A stretch of DNA of 63,612 bases, the filler included, from Octopus bimaculoides (taxonomy: Eukaryota), in assembly GCF_001194135.2 (NCBI RefSeq). It is 7 parts of 7 records of this genome, joined end to end, with 100 filler letters (N's around TTAATTAATTAA, not from the genome) between each part and the next. Parts side by side here need not be neighbours in the genome. Positions count along the whole stretch, not along the records: positions 1 to 25,552 come from NC_069000.1; 6 more parts are not named here. One strand, given 5' to 3'. Of the stretch, positions 10,909 through 23,891 are shown in pieces. Each line of letters opens with the position of its first letter. The first letter of the stretch is position 1. The notes under the pieces are model-generated. The model was given only the letters and a program-made list of their open reading frames with translations. It did no database searches and was not told where the DNA came from. Position numbers and translations under genes: made by a program.

Positions 10909-12994
10909 ATGGTGAGTAAATATCATAGACTCCCTCGTCCATATGTATCATGTATCCATACCAGCACAATCTTTTTTCTTGCACACTATATTTGATTCCT
11001 CTTATGCCCAGTTTTTCTCTCAGCACATTTATATATGTCACTTATGCATACTTACATAGGACATCCAACAGAGCATGCTCATTTAATTTCTTTCTAAACT
11101 TTTCATGTTCTCTGCATTCAAGGCCCATGTTTCACTAACATGAGCACTGCAGTTCCAACACAGGCTTTTCACTCTGTGGACAAACCCCTTGTTATTAGTA
11201 GTGGAAGTGTTTCAAGGAACTTTCTCCAACCCATTTTTATTCTGGCGACTATATATTCACAGCAACCCTCCCCCTTGCTGATTACATCTCCTCAGTAACA
11301 AAAGCTATCAATTACATCTAATAAGTCATCCAGGCATTCATGAAAGTCTACTTCTAGTGTGTTCATTAAACATACTGCTCCACTGCATCGAGCACATATG
11401 AAGCTTATGTTTGTTGTTTTTATGCCTGTGATTCTGCTACATCTCTTTGCCTACAGCTTTACATTAGGTACAGCATATGGAGTTTATATTTACACCTTTT
11501 TCACATATTGGGTAATACCATTTCCCTGAAGGTACCAGGGTCTTGTCTTCTTTCCTACTTACTAAAGCCTTCATCTTTCCTAAGTTTGCTTTCAGACCTC
11601 TCAATTCTAAGTTTAATTCAATGCTTGGAATTTCCTCTAGAGATTCAGCTATGAAAACTAGATCGTTAGCATATATGAGTTCCCATGGACAACCAGTCTT
11701 AAACTCCTCTATGATGCCTCATAGGACTATGATGAATAGACAGGAACTGAGGACTAAGGCTTGATGGACTCTAGCCCTTACACTAAATTTACTACTGAAG
11801 TTATTGTTGATTCTCACTTTGCTTACTGTGTCTTTAAACATGACTTGTACAGCTCTCACAAGCCATTCACCAACGCCTAATTTCCTTAGTGACCACAAGA
11901 TTACTGTACATGGTACCCTGTCAACGAAAGCCAAGAATAATGGTTTACTCTTATCGAAGTATTTCTCTTGCAGTTGAAAGATTTCATTAGAAAGATTGCA
12001 TCCATAGGCACAAAACCAAACTACCCTGTCATGAATCAATTGAGCCATGACCTTCTTTGTTACCTTCATAACTTGATCCATTAATTTGACTCCTCTATAA
12101 CTGCTTCTCTGAGGCATCTTCTTTGCTATTGCAGCAGTTTACAATGACATTGCAATACCAGTCATTGGGTATGACTCTTTCTTGTATAATTTGATTAACT
12201 ATCCAGGTGCTAATCATGAATTTTATCTAACTGAATACTTTGAGCATCTCCACAACTATCCATGATGAGCCTATCACTTTTCTTCTCTCCATGTCCTTAA
12301 TTGTTTTATCAACTATGCAGCTATCAACTTGAATTGCTGGTCAGTCTACAGGTTCAGCATAAAGTAGCCCGTCTTTATCTCATTCACTCTCCACATTCAA
12401 CAATCTCTCATAATAGTATTTCCATGCCACTTTCTTTTCTTCCATATCAATAGCAAGCAAGCTTTTGTCATTCCAAATATATTTCTCACTAATTAAATCT
12501 CAGTTCTCTCACACACAGTCTTCTGATCCTAAATACCTTGTGCTTTTAATTCTCATGTTGTAAGACATATGCATATCTCCTCTTCTCTGCCTCATTCTTC
12601 ATTAAATATACTTGTTGTTTAGCTGCTCTTCTAGCCATTTGGTAATGCTTCCTACAAATACCTTCCTTCTAGGCTTTCCATACCTGTCTCTTAACCTTTA
12701 CAGCTCTAACAACCATATCATTCCAACACAATGTAATTTTTGGCTTGGTCCAGCCACAAGTCTTTTCCATAACCAGGAGCAAGTTATTTCTTTAAAATTC
12801 TGTTTACATCTATAGTAAGATATCTAAATCTATCTCCCTACAGTTGCATGTATCAGTTAGAATTTCACTAAATCTGTACCCAATAATGGGATCTTTTAGT
12901 TATATCTTTCTTCTCCATGTTGTCATTGATTTCTGTGTCTTCCTAGCCCCAACTTTGAAGTCACTAGCCACTAATTTGTGTCATGCATGTAGTT

Positions 12995-13765
12995 TTGTAG
13001 TTTGTCCGTTGATGCGGCGAAGACCATCTTGTCATCCTTGGGTGTGAGTGGGTGGGCTTGTTTTGTGAGTCCGCAGATGGCTAGTGAGGCCAATCTGCAC
13101 CCGAAAGAGTCTTTGACAGCGTGGACAGGGAATGGTAGTGCCTGTTACAGGGTTGTTAGCCACCTTTCTCTGTCTAGAGCAGACTGCTCCCAAGTGTCAT
13201 GGTCGATGTTGAAGGCTTTCAGTGAGGCTTTCAGTGTGTCCTTAAAGCGCTTCTTCTGGCCGCCTTCTGAGCGCTTTCCCTTTTGCAGTTCATCAAAGAG
13301 CAATCTTTTTGGTAATTGATCATCTGACATGCGAGCTACGTGTCCTGCCCAGCAAAGCTGAGACTGCATCAAGATGGTATGGATGCTGGGCAGGTTAGCA
13401 CGTATTAGTACCTCGGTGTCCGGGATCCTGTCCTGCCACTTTATGCCAAGAAGTTTCTTGAGGCATATTGTATGAAAGTGGTTCAGCTTCCTGGCATAAT
13501 GCTGGTAGACCATCCAGGACTCACAGCCGTAAAGCAGCGTTGTGAGAACAACAGCCCAGTACACCTTGATCTTTGTCATGATGGTGATCCCCCTCCTGTT
13601 CCAGACAGTCTTGTGTAGCCTGCTGAAAGCAGCGCTTGCCTTGGCGAGTCTGGCAGTGATTTCGTCATTAACGCCAACATTTCTAGAGAATGTGCTGCCA
13701 AGGTAGGTGAACTTGTCCACTGCGTTCAGTCATTGCCCGTTGATGGTGATGTTGGGTTCAGTGTG
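12995..13765 (-). mobile_element. Second RTE (BovB-like) 3' fragment nested in the older RTE
   Basis: ORF 13145-13720: DKFTYLGS...LLYGCESW...QLCWAGHVARM...GGQKKRFKDTLK; much better preserved than its host. Confidence 0.85.
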
Positions 13766-14639
13766 TCATGCAATGCAGTCTTTGCCAGAAAAGATTTTGG
13801 TATTCACCATAGCTCGTCTTTTTTCCTAATGAGAACTTACTCTATCTGGTTTGTGTGTATTTGCCAGATTGGTAGGTGATGAGGTGGTTGGCTGATTTCC
13901 TAAAGTGTGTATTGCAAATTGTTAGATCATTTGCATCCTAGAACTCTAGAAGTCTTATATCCTCCTCATTTCTCTCACCATATCCATAGCCTCCATATAT
14001 ATCATGAAAGCCATTGGCTTGTTGGCTGACATGACTGATGCAGTCGCCATCCACAATAATGAAGTTGTTGTCAGTTGTCATTAAGGTAACCTGCAAGAGG
14101 GTCTCATAGAAGTAATCTTTCTGTACTTCTGTTAATCCCATCTGTGGGGCATATGCTGAGAGTCGCTGTTGAGTTGCTTATGCCTACAGTTAGTCTCATC
14201 TCAATGATCCTATTGCATACCCTGATTACCTCAATTACTTTATCTATCCATTTCTCAGATAACAGTATATCAGCCCTCACCATTGCTGGCATTATTATTT
14301 ATCCAGAAAAATTTGTACTTCTGTGTTTTGCCCATGGGGTATTTAGTTGAAGATCTTGTGCACAGCATACATCCACTTCTCTTTTCTCTAGCATTTCCAC
14401 AGTCTTATTAGATCTACCTCTCATTGTGCTCACATTTATGGTTGCAGCTCTAAAATTTTGGAATCCACTGGAATTGGTGGGAAGGCTGTTTCATGGTTGT
14501 TTCATTTCTACATGAATGTGTCTGGACCTGTGAAGGCTAAGAAGGGTTGTGTCGTAGTTTGCCAGCAATTGGCAGGTTTATTAGTATTGTTAGGTTAGTC
14601 CTCACATTTAATTTACTATCACTCATTCATTTCACATTT

Positions 14640-15390
14640 GCTGCATCTACCAAAAAAAGATGACACTTTTTCACACAGCTGTCTTCCTCATCCATACACA
14701 ACACATGACTATATCAGTGCAGTCGTTCTCTTGCACAGCACATCTGATGCTTCTTGTGTCCACCTTTTCTCTCAGGGCACTTACACTCTGTCGTGTACGC
14801 ACACTGACATTAAACATCCAGTGGAGCATACTACCTTCATTTCTTGCAAGCTAACACATCCTCGGCAGTTACAGCCCATATTTCACTGCTATGTAGCATG
14901 GCTGTTTGCACAAATGCGTCATACAGTCTACCTTTTACTCTGAGCAAGAGTCACCAGCAGAGGTAGGAGCTCTCTAAACTTTGCTCAGGCTACTCTTATT
15001 CTAGCAGCTATGCTCTCCAACCACTACTGACTTGGTCCCCTAGGTAACAGAAGCTATCAACTACTTCTAGTTTTTGCCCCTGACATGTGACAGAAGCTGT
15101 ATTCTGCACATTTTCAGTGTTTATTGCCCCTGTACATTTGCCACACACAAAAACTATCTTCCCAGTTGCTGCACCTCTTATGTGTCCATAGCTTATACTG
15201 GGTACATCTTATGGAGTTTCTATCTACATCTTTTCTACAGATCAAGCAGGGCCATCTACCTGAAGGGATTTGTGACTTGTCTGCCTTCCTACTTAATAAG
15301 ACGTCACTAATTTTCTTTTCTCCTTTGATGATTGCAACAAGTGCATGAAATATTAAGCCAGTCTTCTGGAGCAATTTTAATAGATATTTA
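14640..15390 (-). mobile_element. RTE-clade LINE fragment (Cys-rich finger plus post-RT region)
   Basis: SGRWPCLICRKDVDRNSIRCTQYKLWTHKRCS; downstream RERLH*YSHVLCMDEEDSCVKK. Confidence 0.75.
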
Positions 15391-15559
15391 ATATAGACTA
15401 TTTTGATTCCCAGTATAATTTAATGGAAAATTGCAAACACAAACAGACATGCAGGAATGCATGCAAACAAACAAAACAAAACAAAATACAAAACTAAACA
15501 AAACAATTGACATGTGCAGTAATTGTGGAAGTGGGTGTAAGAGCAGTGAGCTGATATTT

Positions 15560-16230
15560 TCAGACTACATGATGTTACTTGGCTTGGCAAAAAATGAACT
15601 CCAGTATGCAATGAACAGTTTTGCAGCTGGGATGCAAAGATGGGATGAGAATTAGTGCTGCAAACACTGAAACATTGATAATCTCAAGAAAGTCTTCCCA
15701 TTGCACTCTGCAAGTTAGTGGAACATCACTGAGGCAAGTGGAGAAATTTAAGTATCTTAGGACCATATTCATGAGTGAAAAGAGGTAGGAAGCTGAACTA
15801 TAGAATTGTAGGTGCTGGTAAAGTAATGCACTAGCTTCAATATTTATCTTCAGAAGAGAAGATATTTGTAAAAAAAGCCAAACTTGCTATCTTCAATTTG
15901 GTGTCCATGCCTCTCCCCACCTATGGTCATGAGTGTTGGATAATGACCAAAAGAGTACAATCACAAATATAAGTGGCTGAAATGGGGTTCCACTGAGGGA
16001 TCTCTGGAGTAACATTACTCAACAAGGTGTGCAACTTGGAGATAATGGAGGCTCTCCAGATCAAGCTGCTACTTCTCTGCATTGAGAGGTCATAGCTCTG
16101 GTACTACAGACATGTGATTAGAATGTCACAGGAGAAAATCACAAGCCAAGCAAACCAGCAGGAGGCTTCGGGGTAGACCAAGAATGAGATGGTTGGATAA
16201 TATCAATAATGTCAGTTGATGGCATTTAGG
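15560..16230 (+). mobile_element. Degenerate RTE-like ORF2 C-terminal fragment (different family)
   Basis: Hand translation: GEI*VS/FKYLRT, KAKLAIFNLVSMPLPTYGHECWIMTK, VAEMGFH, IERS*LWYYRHVIRM. Confidence 0.65.
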
Positions 16231-16379
16231 AATCCAGCCAGAAAATATAATCTTTTCTTTATATAATAATAATAATCTTTTCAATGACGGTTGTTTAGGC
16301 CCTTATGGAGGAGCTATCTGACAACTGTACTCCCACTACCTTCCCAGGAATAATTGGGGGGNNNNNNNNNNATAGATGG

Positions 16380-16416
<37 letters not shown>

Positions 16417-16454
16417 GAGAGAGTATAGTGATAAACAGAGATATTATCTCATAC

Positions 16455-16545
16455 ATTTTCATCTTCATCCTCTTCAAAAGAAAATTCAAATCTGCATTTA
16501 TACAACGCCCTCCTGGATTTAATAGTCTCATCAAGAAACATGTCC
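16455..16545 (-). CDS. FBXL13: FBXL13/DRC6-like gene, coding exon 3
   Basis: Acceptor ctttttgttttggcag, donor gtatga; 91 nt, phase 2 to 0; completes W then DMFLDETIKSRRALYKCRFEFSFEEDEDEN, phase-compatible with exon 2. Confidence 0.75.
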
Positions 16546-16824
16546 CTGCCAAAACAAAAAGATTTAAAAAATTAACTTCCAAATTTGTGGTTGGCAATTA
16601 TCATTTCACTTTTAAACATTTCAAAAATTGGCTAATTCTAATTCTCCAAAACTGTACCCTTCTGGAACTCCATCTCAACTAATGATTTTTCTCTTCCCAA
16701 TAATTTACACATGAAATCTGATCTCAGGTAACTCAGTATTAAAAGGGTTAATTGCATAATTGCATGTGCTCCAACCACCCTAGAAAAAGCCTCTTTTTAA
16801 TCTAATAGCATAAAAAAAAAGAAA

Positions 16825-16860
<36 letters not shown>

Positions 16861-17317
16861 TATCTTAGCTAGTCAATCTTAATGTCTCTTAGAAGCTGTA
16901 ACATCTCTTAAGAATTTATTAATTATTTGAAAGAAAAGCCTAAGAAATAAACACTTTTCTTGATCTATGAACCAAGTAGTTAAAAATTCCAATAGAAATA
17001 TTTGTTTTCTGTAGTTGCGTCACTAAATTTTGCAGTTGCTTTGAAATTGGCAGTGGAAAAGTGAGCAGAAAACCACAACTCACAAGTTATCCACAGACTA
17101 GAGACTTGGTCCAAAAAGGCTTCCTGCTAAAACATTCAAAGTCCAGGTTATAATGTTCAAAATGGGTACTAGATTAACTTCAAATATCAAAAGGTAAAAA
17201 CAGAGGGTTTGGAGAAGGAAGCTTCTTGCAGCACAATGTGTAAAAGACATTGAGAGATATTAGTTGATTCAGCTAAGTACAAATATTTGAAAAGGGTAAC
17301 ATGATGTTTAATCTTAC

Positions 17318-17421
17318 CAACGAACAGATTGAAGTCCTTGTTCTTTGATATGCAAAAGTTTGTTGATAATGAACAGGTAAGGATCTTCTGGGCACATCAT
17401 TGCTAAAGCAGTCATCAATGC
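17318..17421 (-). CDS. FBXL13: FBXL13/DRC6-like gene, coding exon 2 (docking/dimerization domain)
   Basis: Acceptor tatatttcag, donor gtaaga; 104 nt encoding ALMTALAMMCPEDPYLFIINKLLHIKEQGLQSVR(W). Confidence 0.82.
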
Positions 17422-20400
17422 CTGAAATATATCAGTTATTTAATTAGATCTTGTATATTTTTAAGATTATACGTAAAATCTTTAGTATGAGGCAAAAGGT
17501 TTATTGGCTGGGTGTAAAGGGATTATATTCAAAATATTTAATTAGAAGTTAACAAACTACTTCATAAAATCGCTAAGAGTAGAAGGAAAGTATTGAATAT
17601 TTAATTACATTTCTATGAGTTTTCAGGTCACATCCAGCTAAAGATTTCTGTAGTCACTAAAATAAGGAAATACATTTGAAATACTGGCTTAGCCAGAGTC
17701 CATAGCTTTTTTGAAGGACTTCTGAGGTTAGTGGAGCAAATAAATAAATAAATAAAAAGAAAGAAAACATGACTAATAGATTATTATCAGTCTTTCAACA
17801 TGGTTGACTCTTTCAAAGGATCAGGTAGTGCAGTTAAACTGGTTGACAGATTAAAAACAAAATAAAGAGCCTCCTAAGCTGCTTTATCCTGTTGTTACTT
17901 AGTTCCATGTCAATCCTGATTGAGTAGGTCTTGATCAAAACTATTTCAGACATGGCAATCCTACTTTTTTAAGAGAACACTGAACTATATTGTTCAATAT
18001 GTCCTTTATTTTCCTAAAACAGTAGGGTGATATTTGAGGGAGATATAGCTACTTTTACTTGTAGATCATAAAGAGAGGCTCTTATGCAGAAAATATTTAA
18101 GTTTTATCATTGTTACATGTATTAGGAATTTTATCAACTCAGAATAAATAGTTTGTGAACCTTTTTTTATTTGGCTATTTAAAAAGAACACGCAATTTTT
18201 CATTCTTACAACAATCATTGGTAGCCACATGCAAGCTGTCTCTTTTCACTCTCTCTTACTAGCACTTAACTTCTACCTTGATATTGCCTGCTACCCATTG
18301 TCTGCTTGAAAACATTTTCACTTTACAAATACAGACATATTCATTTTTAATAACACATTCTGCATTACATTATGAAAATATGAAAATATCTATGTACCTT
18401 CTTATAAGCACATTTATGTAAAGTTGCTTTGATTGCTGTTGTTAATTAAGTTCTGTTATAGTCTGTCTGCTTTCTACACTATCTCAAATCTATACTCCAA
18501 TTGTACTGTACAATTTTTATAGCTTTATTCTATTAACAATATTAGAAAAGGTCTACTTTTTTCAAATGTAGGAGACAAAATAGAAAAATTTTGTATAGTC
18601 AATTATTGTTATCTCTCCACAATCACTTTTTAATTTCAACAGTTCTCTTCTCTCACATCCTACTGGTATCACCACTAGGTTTCACTCCATCTCTTTTGTA
18701 TATCAAACACTTTATCCAGTCATACTTCACAAATAGTGCTTTCCCCTTCAGCTGCAATCTGACTGTAATTCAACATTAACCACATCAAGTTCATTCAATT
18801 ATTCCCATTCCTCATTTAATTAAATTTGAATATTCCATTACTTTTGTAGAATGTTCACTTATTCCTAATGGCTTCTCTCTGTAATGAATCAGATTAGAGT
18901 AATGTCAGCCTGGAAGAACTCATTTCCCTCCAAAGTATTGACCAAGGTGGGAATTGTGGCTATTGAGCATAACTGAAGGCAAATAGCTCTAATGGAAGCT
19001 TCAAAAGGTAATTGTATATTCAGACCAACAAATATAATTTAAAAGGGGGTGGGGGGGTCAAACATTATGGATAATCTAGAAACATTTAATAATTTTCAGT
19101 TTTTCTACCTAATCAACACAATTCTACACACAAACATACTCTCACTCTTTTTCTTTTACAATCACACACAAAAAGAAATATCTCAGTTGAGAGTTTGATG
19201 TTTTGCCAAACATATAAGCATTTGGTAATTCTAACATAGCTTTAAGTTCTAACACCCCACCTCTCTCACTTTCTTTTCTATAAGTGTGTATATGAGTCAG
19301 TATCAAAGTTTACTTTTCATTTAAAGTTTATCCTTCAAACCCTTGCTACTTGAAGTTTCTTGTAGTCTTTTTGGTGACAAAAAGAATTACATATAGCAAG
19401 AAAGTTTGGACCTGTGTATGTGTGTGCTTGTGTGTGTGTGGGGGGGGGGGAGAAAACATGACTTAACCAAATAAGCACACATACATACACACACATGCAC
19501 GACACACCACACATACACAAGTACATATATTATATGTGTGTGTATGTGTTTACATAAATATCTGTATATAAATATATACAGATATACATGTGTGTAAATG
19601 TGTATATCTTTCTTTTCAAGTACCATTCCTGTTTCATGTGTCAGCAATCATGAATCTCAATACCAATGCCTGAAGATTCATGATTTTCTTTGAGAAACAC
19701 ATAGTACTGGTTTCTTGTTGCGTTCTGTAGGTTTCTTTATAGTTTATTCACTTAGTCTTGTACACTTCCAAACCTCACCAGTTTAATGTCTTACCCAAGA
19801 TTATTCATCTCCATCACTACTAACAATATTCACCAGACTATCTCCATCCACTACAAGCCGACAGACTCCCACAACTACTTGCACTACTCTCCCTCTCATC
19901 CCAAATACACTAAATCTATATCATTTTCTCAATTCCTTTGCTTTTGCCAGCTCTGCAACATTGATTCAGATTTTAAATCACAATGTAAAAAAATGTAACA
20001 ATTCTTCCTGAATCCGGGGAACTCTCGATTGATTGTAGAACCTGTACACCACTGCATTCAACTATGCCACTACTCTCCTACCCTCTTTAAGCACACCTAC
20101 AGACTGTATTCAACTCCCACCTTCCAGCCATCTACCCTTTCATTGAAAGACAAACTCATTTCCAACTTCTGAATTCTATTTTCTGACACCACAACGGTTC
20201 CAATCTTTCTTGCTCCACCTCTCCTCACCTTTAGAAAAGATAGGGACTTTTTATTCAAGAGAATACCATATCTAGGTTTGCTAGATCTTATCATAAATAC
20301 TACAGCCTATTGTGGTTTTCCTACACAAAACAAAAGATTATAAAAATTGAAGCACCCCAGAAGTCAATCCCAAATAAATAAATTAGTAGTGTGACAGGCC

Positions 20401-21283
20401 TTGACGATTGAAATCACCTCTAAAAGTTCAAGTATTGTTTCTCCAATGCTGCCTTGAGCACTCCAGCGTTTGTACAATGTGAAAAATATTTCACTGTCTA
20501 AACAATGTCAGTATCAGTTCATAGGTCACCTAAAACTAGCCCAACCTGCATCGTGTTACTTGTCCCATGCAGAAATTGAATTCACATCACATTGCGACAC
20601 AATTGGTTTTTGTTTCTTTCTTAACCTCAACTGGTTCTGCTTTACTCAGCATTGACCGGAAAAAAAATTATGGATGATAACATTCAAACAATACCTGAAC
20701 AAATTCCTCCAGAAGATATCAGACAAACCATCGAGACAGGAATATATTTCGGCATTCAACAAATCTCGACTCAAGTGGGCAATGATATCCCAAAGTATGA
20801 CATAAATGACCCCTCCCTACACTGCTACGTAGTGCTATTCAGCCAATAATAGTTGAAACCTATCTTAAGTATACTTCGAGTATATATGTTTACAAAGAGA
20901 TTTCAATACTGAAACTAAATATTTTCCTGAAGTCAAAAGAGATAGCGTCCCAGACATATTTGTACATTATTTACAATGGACGACGATAGGTGTCCTTATC
21001 TTGTTTGTTGTTATCTACGTGATGACAACAAACAAGATGAGGACACCTATCTGTCCATTGTAAATAATGTACGTAATTCCTCATCTCAAAAAATATAGAA
21101 TAGTAAACAAATTTGGTTTTCTCCCGAAACGAATGATTAGCAGATAATCGATAAACATGGGTAAGCAACAAAATTATTCGTACGAAATTCTTAGTGTGTG
21201 TGCATAGCAGGCATTCTAAATACTACTTAGTCTAGATGGGACACTAAAGTAATACTAATATGAGAATAAGTTATAGTTTATAC

Positions 21284-21364
21284 CTCACATATGTCTGGAA
21301 TTCTATGATGTACCAAATATTGTTTCAGTTCTGCTGGTACATTCCGAAGTGGAACAACTGCCAT
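21284..21364 (-). CDS. FBXL13: FBXL13/DRC6-like gene, first coding exon (exon with UTR spans 21284-21431)
   Basis: MAVVPLRNVPAELKQYLVHHRIPDICE then donor gtataa; the spliced LRN.P..LK.Y....IP.ICEAL...L...CPEDP...GL...WD pattern resembles the FBXL13 N-terminal D/D domain as I recall it (not database-checked). Confidence 0.8.
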
Positions 21365-21431
21365 TCTTTGATATGGGGAGGCCTATAACTCAATGTATAT
21401 TCGTATTTTTGAACTCAGTCCAAATTATCTT

Positions 21432-22009
21432 CTGAAATACTACTTAGTTTATCTATTGCACAATGCTCTATAGGAGATGCGTCCTTAGCAACAGGAGCGA
21501 ACACAGGTGCTCGTTCTTGATTTTTCTTTTTTTTTATATATATTTAATAGCCGTGTATACACATCAAACAGCGGTAAGTTACGTAGTGGTATCTTATTGC
21601 TTGATAACAATATTTGAACAATAAACTACCCATTTTCTTGCCAGCTTGCTAGAAATCATATCAAACAATCTAAAACCACATGGTTTTCTAGGTTAACAAA
21701 ACATAGCAAGCGCATCAGCATTATTTCGTATTGAAGTCACCCACCACCTTCAAACCTTTTCTACTTTCTAATTTGTCATAATTTGGAAGGAAATGACTTA
21801 GAGTAACTTCCCTTCTAATGTTGTCATGACCTAAATATTAGAAAAGTATTATAAACGACACGCGTAGAAACGAAATTCAAAAGAGGTATATATCCGAAAC
21901 TATGCATTTGTTATGGAGGCTTAACATTCGTTAATGACTAAATTGGAAAGGCTCCCCGATTCTATATTATACTCCTGTTGTGACAAAAGAAGAAAGGATT
22001 TATTCCATA
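21432..22009. promoter_or_regulatory. Putative bidirectional promoter and 5' UTR region between FBXL13-like and NDUFAF8-like genes
   Basis: Divergent ATGs at 21364 (-) and 22010 (+); TE-free interval with scattered CpGs. Confidence 0.55.
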
Positions 22010-22078
22010 ATGACGATTGAACAGTTAGAACATCGTGTTGCGAGATTTACCAATGGCCTTACACGCTGCAGTGCCGAG
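22010..22078 (+). CDS. NDUFAF8: NDUFAF8-like twin CX9C protein, exon 1
   Basis: MTIEQLEHRVARFTNGLTRCSAE, donor gtaaca at 22079, phase 0. Confidence 0.82.
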
Positions 22079-23792
22079 GTAACAAAAAACAAACAAAATT
22101 GTTTTTAAAAGAAAGAAAAATGCCTATTATATGTCTATCATAATATATATTTTGGCGATCTTTCGGTACTAGTCCGGAAAGATCACCTATATTTTTTTAT
22201 AAAATGCCAAATGTGTACACAACCTGCAGTTGTCACGAAAATAATGTAAGATTTTAAACTTTTGTATTTAACAACTATGATTCAGTATAGAAAAGTGTCG
22301 CTTTTTATATTTCGATCGCTATTAAGTATATCAAATTGGAGGTAATTGTTCAGTTTGATATGATTAAAAAAGTAAATAAAAATTAAGGGGGAAATAAATA
22401 GTAAAAGAAACGCAAACTAAAGGGTTTGACCCGAGCAAAAAAAAAAAGTAATAAGTGTACAACAATATGTAGTAAACGAATATGAAATAAAAGAATGCGC
22501 GATCGCAACGGGGTGGGTGGGGGAAAGGACTCGGAAAATTTACATCGTGAATGTTCCGAGTCGTCNNNNNNNNNNNNNNNNNNNNNNNNNNNNNNNNNNN
22601 NNNNNNNNNNNNNNNNNNNNNNNNNNNNNNNNNNNNNNNNNNNNNNNNNNNNNNNNNNNNNNNNNNNNNNNNNNNNNNNNNNNNNNNNNNNNNNNNNNNN
22701 NNNNNNNNNNNNNNNNNNNNNNNNNNNNNNNNNNNNNNNNNNNNNNNNNNNNNNNNNNNNNNNNNNNNNNNNNNNNNNNNNNNNNNNNNNNNNNNNNNNN
22801 NNNNNNNNNNNNNNNNNNNNNNNNNNNNNNNNNNNNNNNNNNNNNNNNNNNNNNNNNNNNNNNNNNNNNNNNNNNNNNNNNNNNNNNNNNNNNNNNNNNN
22901 NNNNNNNNNNNNNNNNNNNNNNNNNNNNNNNNNNNNNNNNNNNNNNNNNNNNNNNNNNNNNNNNNNNNNNNNNNNNNNNNNNNNNNNNNNNNNNNNNNNN
23001 NNNNNNNNNNNNNNNNNNNNNNNNNNNNNNNNNNNNNATGGTATTAACAAAAACAATTGAAGCATAGATGTTTGTAAGCCATTCAAGAACACACACACAC
23101 ACACACACAAACAGAAACAGTTGGTTTCGCTGCAACATTTAAATTTCACTTTAATCTCAATATTTTTGTTGCTTTGAAACCAAGACTTGTAATATGCTTT
23201 ATTATAAAACATCAAAAATATCACAAAACCTATTACTCAGAGTTTCACGTTCCCGTTAGTCAGATAGTTTTGTGAGGAGGGTTAGGGGACTGTCACATTA
23301 AGTTGACAGCGTACAACTACTTCATTTTTTTAATCATATTTAGCATTTTTTAAAAATATTTTTTCTATTGAAATTTAGCATAAAATTCTGATTTTAAGTT
23401 GGCAACACTGCTCTCAACAGAGTGAATCACTGAAGACAGCTAAAGGATTATGCTTGTAGCTGTTACACTTCACTTACATTGTTAATGCTCTTGAGGATAA
23501 CCTAAACATTTATGCTTGTTAATGCAATGAAGAAGCATAGACAAGAAAGGAGCCAATGGCCTGGTCTGAATTCTCAGAGCTGAGCAAACTCCATTAAAGG
23601 TACCCAATGAGCAGCCAGTAGTATTAAACCAAATAGCATTTTAGACATAAATTATGCTTAGAAAAGATAACAAGTCCTTTCCTAAAGCGATTGATCATTT
23701 TCATGCATGAAAATGGAAGGTACTGAAGAGACAAACAAATCAAAGGTTTCTAAGTTAAGCACTGAAAATTCTTCTTTCTCTTACTGTTGTAG

Positions 23793-23891
23793 GTACTGAT
23801 GTATGGGAAATGTGTTGCAAGTAAAAATAATCTGAAAAAAGATGACTGCTTGAAAGAGTTCAGATCTCTTCATAAATGTGTAATGGCCATG
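23793..23891 (+). CDS. NDUFAF8: NDUFAF8-like, exon 2
   Basis: Polypyrimidine tract plus tag acceptor, donor gtatgt; VLMYGKCVASKNNLKKDDCLKEFRSLHKCVMAM; spliced product has C-X9-C...C-X9-C with YGKCV and C.KEF..L..C motifs. Confidence 0.88.

Larger units (their letters stand above)
9745..14520 (-). mobile_element. Highly degraded, near-full-length RTE-clade LINE with internal insertions
   Basis: EN-like (ADILLSEKWIDKVIEVIRVCNRII, AYAPQMG, VDGD) at 13830-14450; RT-like (FLAFVD, RARVHQAL, GCPWELIYANDL) at 11540-12120; Cys-rich segment at 11380-11540; C-terminal KTWDEVVKANLRTLG at ~10680; decayed 3' UTR at 9745-9940. Confidence 0.7.

Noticed and set aside
17327-17375. Plus-strand exon xLKSLFFDMQKFVDNEQ with gtaagg donor
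   Set aside because: Overlaps the much better supported minus-strand FBXL13-like exon 2
20652-20849. 65-aa ORF MDDNIQTIPEQIPPEDI...
   Set aside because: No recognisable motif or convincing splice structure; lies antisense in FBXL13-like intron 1
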